Assembly: GCA_963715335.1 (NCBI GenBank)
Contig: CAVQRZ010000001.1
Location: forward strand, 322,164 to 386,163
Direction: 5' to 3'
DNA from: an uncultured delta proteobacterium
GTDB lineage: Bacteria; Desulfobacterota; Desulfuromonadia; Desulfuromonadales; BM103
Length of the DNA: 64,000 bases
The translations under genes and the position numbers were made by a program. The notes beneath the pieces were generated by a model. That model saw nothing but the letters and a program-made list of their open reading frames with translations, ran no database searches and had not been told where the DNA came from. Below, in pieces: positions 54,928 to 64,000 of this stretch (positions within the stretch are counted from its first letter, which is position 1; every line of letters begins with the position of its first letter).

Positions 54928-54974
54928 CTACCATATCTTGTGATTTCTAAAAACACGACATCTACATCTGGTGT
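54928..54974. promoter_or_regulatory. Tandem NrdR-box-like sites upstream of parA
   Basis: CTACCATATCTTGTGA and CATCTACATCTGGTGT, starts 31 bp apart; fit acaCwAtATaTwGtgt. Confidence 0.62.
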
Positions 54975-55066
54975 TTTGCCCGGTCCGGGCAAATTTCCTT
55001 TGCAGATCCAGGTGCTTATGTTAGTCTGAGCGACTTGAAAAACTCACCCCAAGGAGACATGCAGGC

Positions 55067-55828
55067 ATGGCCCAGGTAATCGCCATCGCCAATCAAAAGG
55101 GCGGCGTCGGCAAGACCACTACGGCAGTCAATCTTGCCGCGTCACTGGCCGTTGCCGAGAAGCGTACCCTGCTGGTTGATATCGACCCTCAGGCCAACTC
55201 CACCAGTGGTGTCGGAGTCGATCCGAACAGCATGCAGAAGACCATCTACCATGCCCTGATCGGCGAGGCTTCAGTAGACCAGCTGCTCCAGGCCACCGGC
55301 CTCGACCTGCTCCGTCTGCTCCCGGCAAACCCTGACCTGATCGGTGCGGAAGTGGAGTTGATTTCGGCTCTGGCCCGGGAGAACAAGCTCAAGCAGGCCC
55401 TTGCCGCGGTGACCGATCAATTTGATTACGTTTTGATCGACTGTCCGCCCTCCCTTGGGCTGTTAACGATCAACGCTTTGACCGCTGCGGACAGCGTCCT
55501 GATTCCCCTGCAGTGCGAGTATTACGCCATGGAGGGTTTGAGTCAGTTGATCAATACGGTGCGTCTGATTCAGCGTGAACTGAATCCGACCCTGGTAATC
55601 CATGGCATCCTGCTGACGATGTTCGATGCACGCAACAACCTGTCACACCAGGTCAGCGAGGAGATCCGCAAACATTTTTCCGCCCAGGTCTTCGAAACAA
55701 TGATTCCGCGCAACGTGCGCCTTTCTGAAGCGCCCAGTCACGGTCTGCCCGCCCTGCTCTACGATATTTCCTCGCGGGGTGCGACGGCTTACCTGGAACT
55801 GGCGCGCGAAATTATCCGCATGGAGTAG
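55067..55828 (+). CDS. parA: Chromosome partitioning ATPase ParA/Soj
   Basis: NQKGGVGKTTT, DCPPSLG, IPRNVRLSEAPSHG. Confidence 0.97.
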   Translation: MAQVIAIANQKGGVGKTTTAVNLAASLAVAEKRTLLVDIDPQANSTSGVGVDPNSMQKTIYHALIGEASVDQLLQATGLDLLRLLPANPDLIGAEVELISALARENKLKQALAAVTDQFDYVLIDCPPSLGLLTINALTAADSVLIPLQCEYYAMEGLSQLINTVRLIQRELNPTLVIHGILLTMFDARNNLSHQVSEEIRKHFSAQVFETMIPRNVRLSEAPSHGLPALLYDISSRGATAYLELAREIIRME

Positions 55829-55836
55829 CAACCAGC

Positions 55837-56694
55837 ATGGTTAAACGACCTGCACTCGGCAAAGGGATCGGTGCCCTTCTCTCATCAGCGTCCCAGGACG
55901 GTCGCCACAAGTATTTCGTCTGCCCGGTCGAAGAACTGAAACCGCACCACCAACAGCCACGCAAAACCTTCAACGACGCAAAGATGGCCGAACTGGTCGC
56001 TTCGATCCGTGAAAAAGGCGTCATCCAGCCACTGGTGGTCCGTCGCAGCGAGGATCATTATCAGATCATAGCTGGTGAGCGACGCTGGCGGGCCGCGCAA
56101 AAGGCTGGTCTCAAGGAAGTTCCGGTTGTTATCCAGGATGTTTCGGAGGACTGGGCTCTGGAGATGGCGCTAATCGAGAATATCCAGCGCGAAGACCTCA
56201 ACCCGATCGAAGAAGCCGAAGCCTATCGCCACCTGATGAGCAATTTTGACCTCTCTCAGGAGGAAGTTGCCAAGCGGGTCGGTCGGGAACGGCCAACGGT
56301 GGCCAATGCGCTGCGCCTGCTGCGTTTACCCAGGGAGATCCAGCAGGATGTGATCGGTGGACAGCTGAGTATGGGCCACGCCCGGGCGCTCCTGTCTCTG
56401 GATAGTGCGGCGCGCATCAAGGAGGCCCGCGACCAGGTAATCAGGAAGCAGTTTTCTGTACGCCAGACCGAAGCTTTGGTTAAAAAACTCAAGGCGGGTG
56501 AGGCCAAGGCGTCCCCGTCAAAAGCCAAGATTGATCATGAGCTGGCCGACCTCGCCGCGCGCCTGCAGCGCTGCCTGGGCACCAAGGTCAATATCTTGCC
56601 GCAGGCGCGCGGCGGCAAAGGCGGCAAGATCGAAATAAGGTATTATTCCGCTGAAGAGTTCGAGCGCTTGCTGGAGCTTTTTGAAAGAAGATAA
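55837..56694 (+). CDS. parB: Chromosome partitioning protein ParB
   Basis: LGKGIGALL, QPRK, IIAGERRWRA, ENIQREDL, HTH. Confidence 0.97.
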   Translation: MVKRPALGKGIGALLSSASQDGRHKYFVCPVEELKPHHQQPRKTFNDAKMAELVASIREKGVIQPLVVRRSEDHYQIIAGERRWRAAQKAGLKEVPVVIQDVSEDWALEMALIENIQREDLNPIEEAEAYRHLMSNFDLSQEEVAKRVGRERPTVANALRLLRLPREIQQDVIGGQLSMGHARALLSLDSAARIKEARDQVIRKQFSVRQTEALVKKLKAGEAKASPSKAKIDHELADLAARLQRCLGTKVNILPQARGGKGGKIEIRYYSAEEFERLLELFERR

Positions 56695-56743
56695 TATTAA
56701 TAATCTCAAGCTTTTAGGTGAGTAAGCCCAGGAAATAACACTG

Positions 56744-57163
56744 ATGTTTAACAAGAAGGAAAAAGAACCGATGCGTAAAGAGACCCCGTTGGAAAAGAGT
56801 GAAATCAAAGCCTTTCTTGGACCAGGCAGTCAGTTTGAAGGTAAGCTGGTATTCAACGAAATTGTGCGCCTGGATGGTGCTTTCCGTGGTGAAGTGACCT
56901 CCCACGACACCCTGATCGTTGGTGAAAGTGCAGACATTCAGGCTGATGTCGAGGTCGGTACGCTGATCCTGAGCGGGAAATTCAAGGGCAACATCAAGGC
57001 GAAGAGTCGCGTGGAACTGCGTGCTCCAGCCAAAGTGGATGGCTCGATCGAAACCCCGGCCCTCTCCGTGGAGGAAGGCGTTGTTCTGAATGGAACCATT
57101 ACCATGACGACCGGTGACAAAACCTCCGCTACAAAGCCCGTCGACGAAGCGATCAAGAAATAA
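56744..57163 (+). CDS. Bactofilin (polymer-forming cytoskeletal protein)
   Basis: FEGKL...RLDGAFRGEV...LIVGE...VEEGVVLNG beta-helix repeats. Confidence 0.9.
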   Translation: MFNKKEKEPMRKETPLEKSEIKAFLGPGSQFEGKLVFNEIVRLDGAFRGEVTSHDTLIVGESADIQADVEVGTLILSGKFKGNIKAKSRVELRAPAKVDGSIETPALSVEEGVVLNGTITMTTGDKTSATKPVDEAIKK

Positions 57164-57218
57164 TTTAATCCGTTGCGGCAAAAGGCCTTTTCCGGGGCGG
57201 ATTTTTGTGAAAAGTCCC

Positions 57219-57313
57219 TTGACATGAACTGGGTGCTATGGTAGTCATCTTTTGCTTTGGCCCCGAGGGTCAGGGCCTTTTTTAACAGCTTCTTAAAGTT
57301 GTATACAGTATAC
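57219..57313 (+). promoter_or_regulatory. Candidate atp promoter/leader: TTGACA, hairpin with T-run, GTATAC-A-GTATAC motif
   Basis: TTGACA at 57219; GGCCC...GGGCC-TTTTTT at 57259-57283; GTATACAGTATAC at 57301-57313. Confidence 0.4.
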
Positions 57314-57353
57314 CGATGCGTCAACCTGGCGCTAACACGAATGAGGTAAAACG

Positions 57354-57779
57354 GTGATCAAGCTCGACTGGACACTGTTCCTGCAGTTTGTCAATTTCAT
57401 GATCCTGATGGCGGTGCTGAACGCACTCCTTTTCAAACCCTTGCGGGCTGCTCTGCAGGCACGCAGGGAGTCGATAGAGGGCTCCAGGGCCAAGGTTCAG
57501 GACATAGACGAACAGGTGCAGGCGCAAATTGCCCGCTACGAAGCCCAACTTCAGGAAGCTCGCCTGCAAGGAGCCCAGGAACGTTCAACCCTGCGCAAGG
57601 CCGGGCAAGAAGAAGAAGCCCGTATCCTTGGTGAAGCGAACCGGACCGCGGCGGAAAAACTGCAGACCATCAAGGAACAGATTCAGCAAGAGGCCGACGC
57701 TGCACGCCGGGCCCTGCGCAATGAGACCGAGGCCCTGGCCAAGGAGATTGTCCGCAAGGTTCTGGGGAGGGCTGTCTGA
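57354..57779 (+). CDS. atpF2: ATP synthase F0 subunit b'
   Basis: QFVNFMILMAVLNALLFKPL TM helix plus coiled coil; first of two b-type genes. Confidence 0.9.
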   Translation: MIKLDWTLFLQFVNFMILMAVLNALLFKPLRAALQARRESIEGSRAKVQDIDEQVQAQIARYEAQLQEARLQGAQERSTLRKAGQEEEARILGEANRTAAEKLQTIKEQIQQEADAARRALRNETEALAKEIVRKVLGRAV

Positions 57780-58362
57780 TGGCAAAGCGCGAGATTCTGC
57801 TCATTAAAGGAGTTCTTTTCGCCGCATTGGTTTTGGCCCCGGTCGCAGCGTTTGCCGCCGGTGATGGCGGCCATGCCGACAGTGGCGTCCTTCTCAAGGA
57901 TTTCCTCTACCGTTGCTTCAACTTCGCCCTGATGGCCGGACTGCTGGTTTACTTTGTGACCAAGCCGGTCCGCAAGGGCCTTAAAGAACGCAGCGCGGAG
58001 ATCGAAAAAACCCTGGCCGAAGCCGAAGCGGCCAAGCAGGCGGCCGAAGCCAAGCATCGTGAATACAGTGAGAAGCTGGCCAAGGCGACCGAAGAAATCG
58101 CAGGCATCACCGCCGCAATTCGCCGTGAAGGCGAACTGGAGCGTGACAAGATTATCGCCGCTTCCAAAGAGTTGGCGGTCAAGATAGAGCGAGAGGCCGA
58201 CAACAAGGCCGCCGGTGTGGTCGCCAAGGCGCGCACCGAGTTGCGTGAAGAGGCGTCGCGGCTGGCCGTGGAACTGGCGGAGGACTTGCTGAAAAAGCAG
58301 GTTTCAGCCGATGACCAGAAGCGTCTGGTCGAAGAATATATGCAGAAAATGGGAGAACTCCA

Positions 58363-58366
<4 letters not shown>
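57779..58366 (+). CDS. atpF: ATP synthase F0 subunit b
   Basis: RCFNFALMAGLLVYF, coiled coil, DQKRLVEEY. Confidence 0.92.
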
Positions 58367-60427
<2,061 letters not shown>

Positions 60428-60454
60428 TCGCGCAACGATCGGGTAATTTAAGAG

Positions 60455-61330
60455 ATGGCAAGTCTTAAAGATATAAAAAAGCGAATAGGCACGGTCAAGA
60501 ACACGCAGCAGATCACCAAAGCCATGAAAATGGTTTCGGCGGCCAAACTGCGGCGTGCCCAGGACGCAGTGACAGCAGCCCGCCCATACGCGGACAAGAT
60601 GGCTGACGTCCTCTCCAGCCTGGCTTTGCGTGAAGACGCCGAGAGCCACCCGCTGCTGGCTGAACGCGGCAAGGGCAAGGCTCTGGTCGTGTTGATCACT
60701 GGCGATAGAGGGCTCTGTGGCGGCTTCAATACCAATATCTCGAAAGCCGCCGAACGGTTTATCCGTGGCAACACCGAAGGCTTTGAGAGCTACGAGCTAT
60801 TCATTGTCGGCCGCAAGGGCAACGATTACCTCAAGCGCCGCTCTGGCATGAAGATTCATAAGGTTCATGAAAACCTGATCGGTACAGGCCAGGTGACGTA
60901 TGCCGCCGGCGCCTTGCTCGGCCAGGAAGTCATCGATCTTTATCGCACCGGGGACTACGATGGGGTTTTTCTGATTTACAACGCCTTCCAGAGTGCCATG
61001 ACCCAGGTTCAGACGGTCACCCAGCTGTTACCGGTCGTGCCAAAGCAAGCGGATGAAGGTGCGCAAGTGACCGATTACATCTATGAGCCGAATGCCACTG
61101 AGGTTTTGAATGAAATTCTGCCAAAGCACATTGAAGTGCAGATATTCCGCTCAATGCTCGAATCCGCTGCTTCGGAGCACGGTGCCAGAATGACGGCTAT
61201 GGATAGTGCCAGCAAGAATGCTTCAGAAATGATTGGTAAACTGACCCTGCAGTACAATCGTGCACGTCAGGCAGCCATCACCAAAGAATTGTTGGAGATT
61301 ATCTCCGGCGCTGAATCAATTAAAGCTTAA
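60455..61330 (+). CDS. atpG: ATP synthase F1 subunit gamma
   Basis: [34 protein letters not shown]. Confidence 0.98.
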   Translation: MASLKDIKKRIGTVKNTQQITKAMKMVSAAKLRRAQDAVTAARPYADKMADVLSSLALREDAESHPLLAERGKGKALVVLITGDRGLCGGFNTNISKAAERFIRGNTEGFESYELFIVGRKGNDYLKRRSGMKIHKVHENLIGTGQVTYAAGALLGQEVIDLYRTGDYDGVFLIYNAFQSAMTQVQTVTQLLPVVPKQADEGAQVTDYIYEPNATEVLNEILPKHIEVQIFRSMLESAASEHGARMTAMDSASKNASEMIGKLTLQYNRARQAAITKELLEIISGAESIKA

Positions 61331-62806
<1,476 letters not shown>

Positions 62807-62839
62807 TCAGACGATTCCGGCATAAAGGAATAAATAGGC

Positions 62840-63253
62840 ATGGCAGAAAAGCTCAAACTGGAACTGGTCACACCTTACAAGCGGGTCTTGTCGGAGGACG
62901 TTGACGAAGTCACCGCCCCTGGCACTGTGGGCGAGTTTGGCGTTTTGCCAGACCATACCTCGTTGCTGACCACTCTGAAGGTTGGTGAATTGACCTACAA
63001 GCAGGCTGGACGGATCTTTCACGTGGCCGTAAACTGGGGATATGTGGAAGTTGAAGATAATGTCATGACCGTTCTGGTTGAAACAGCTGAGCCCGCTGAT
63101 CAGATCGATGTGGAACGTGCCAGGGCGGCCCTTGGTCGTGCTGAAGAGGCGCTTAAGAAACTCTCCAGCGAGGACAGGAACTTTAAGATCATGGAAGCCG
63201 CTCTTCAACGTGCCCTGATTCGTATCCAGGTGGCGGGCAAGAAGGTTCACTGA
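62840..63253 (+). CDS. atpC: ATP synthase F1 subunit epsilon
   Basis: LELVTP, GEFGVLPDH, IDVERA. Confidence 0.96.
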   Translation: MAEKLKLELVTPYKRVLSEDVDEVTAPGTVGEFGVLPDHTSLLTTLKVGELTYKQAGRIFHVAVNWGYVEVEDNVMTVLVETAEPADQIDVERARAALGRAEEALKKLSSEDRNFKIMEAALQRALIRIQVAGKKVH

Positions 63254-63276
63254 TCGGTTGTATCAGGACAAAGTGC

Positions 63277-63310
63277 AAAGGGCGGCTCGTGTGAGCCGCC
63301 CTTTTTTATT
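63277..63310 (+). terminator. atp operon terminator
   Basis: AAAGGGCGGCTC-GTGT-GAGCCGCCCTTTTTT. Confidence 0.85.
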
Positions 63311-63463
63311 GATCGTGAGGACCGAAAACGACCATGCTTGCCATGAGTTGAAGATCAAATGCCCGCGGATCTAATTGTAAAAAGGCCCTGATACGCTAAA
63401 TCATCCGTTTGCTAATAACCGCAGGGAGTCTATAATATCCGCAATCAATGCGAAGGGAAACCC

Positions 63464-64000
63464 ATGTACGAATCGTTTCTGGAATTAGGCCCGGTTACGC
63501 AGGCATTTCTGGCCACACTCTTTACCTGGGGCGTGACGGCGGCCGGCGCCGCACTGGTCTTCCTGAAAAAAACCGTCAATCCGAAAATGCTGGATGGCAT
63601 GCTTGGCTTTGCTGCCGGAGTCATGATTGCGGCAAGTTTCTGGTCGCTGCTCAATCCCGGCATTGAAATGGCTGAACAGATGGGCCAGATCCCCTGGCTC
63701 ACAGCGGTAATCGGTTTCATGGGCGGCGGTATTTTTATGCGCATGACCGATAAGTTTTTACCGCATCTGCATCCGGGACTGAAGATGAATCAGAGCGAGG
63801 GCGTTAAAACGTCATGGCAACGCAGCACCTTGCTGGTGCTGGCCATAACGATGCACAATATTCCTGAAGGGCTGGCCGTTGGCGTCGCTTTCGGCGCCGT
63901 CGCTGCCGGACTGCCGTCTGCCACGATTGGCGGCGCCATAGCTCTGGCAATCGGCATCGGCATCCAAAATTTTCCAGAAGGGACGGCCGTTTCAATGCCG
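63464..64000 (+). CDS. ZIP-family (GufA/ZupT-like) metal transporter, 3' end outside window (not in ORF track)
   Basis: [65 protein letters not shown]. Confidence 0.92.
   Translation, partial: MYESFLELGPVTQAFLATLFTWGVTAAGAALVFLKKTVNPKMLDGMLGFAAGVMIAASFWSLLNPGIEMAEQMGQIPWLTAVIGFMGGGIFMRMTDKFLPHLHPGLKMNQSEGVKTSWQRSTLLVLAITMHNIPEGLAVGVAFGAVAAGLPSATIGGAIALAIGIGIQNFPEGTAVSMP

Noticed and set aside
55837..57163. Bactofilin gene directly after parB
   Set aside because: Known arrangement in deltaproteobacteria (e.g. Myxococcus bacM); not novel.

Overview
Core chromosomal region around the replication origin of a GC-rich deltaproteobacterium. Gene order and protein families point to Desulfuromonadales (Desulfuromonas/Geobacter relatives); this is inference. 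Left of about 48 kb nearly all genes are on the minus strand: dnaA-dnaN-recF-gyrB-gyrA-TPR-gpsA-cyclophilin-EEP-nth, pyk-queC-folE2-DUF2064, tolQRAB-pal-cpoB, tRNA-Lys/tRNA-Glu, mscL, gdhA plus a PEP-synthase-N-domain protein, rnhA, and a full nuo operon with a NuoBCD fusion. PBP1A and the first two genes of the window are the exceptions. Right of it all genes are on the plus strand: rpmH-rnpA-yidD-yidC-(no jag)-mnmE-mnmG-rsmG-parAB-bactofilin, atpF'FHAGDC and a ZIP transporter. No CRISPR, prophage, transposase or rRNA was seen. The interesting signals are non-coding. (1) Six intra-operon inverted-repeat hairpins built from tandem 7- or 8-nt units share one architecture but differ in unit sequence. 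(2) An ORF-less, palindrome-rich element of about 440 bp occurs as two inverted full copies plus a diverged partial copy. (3) Two homologous triads of DnaA-box-like 9-mers lie about 10 and 18 kb from oriC. (4) oriC has a DnaA-trio unwinding motif, with tandem parS sites nearby. (5) Tandem NrdR-like boxes precede parAB. (6) A tRNA-Glu 3'-end-linked repeat contains a hairpin that recurs on the far side of mscL. All calls come from reading the sequence; no searches were run.
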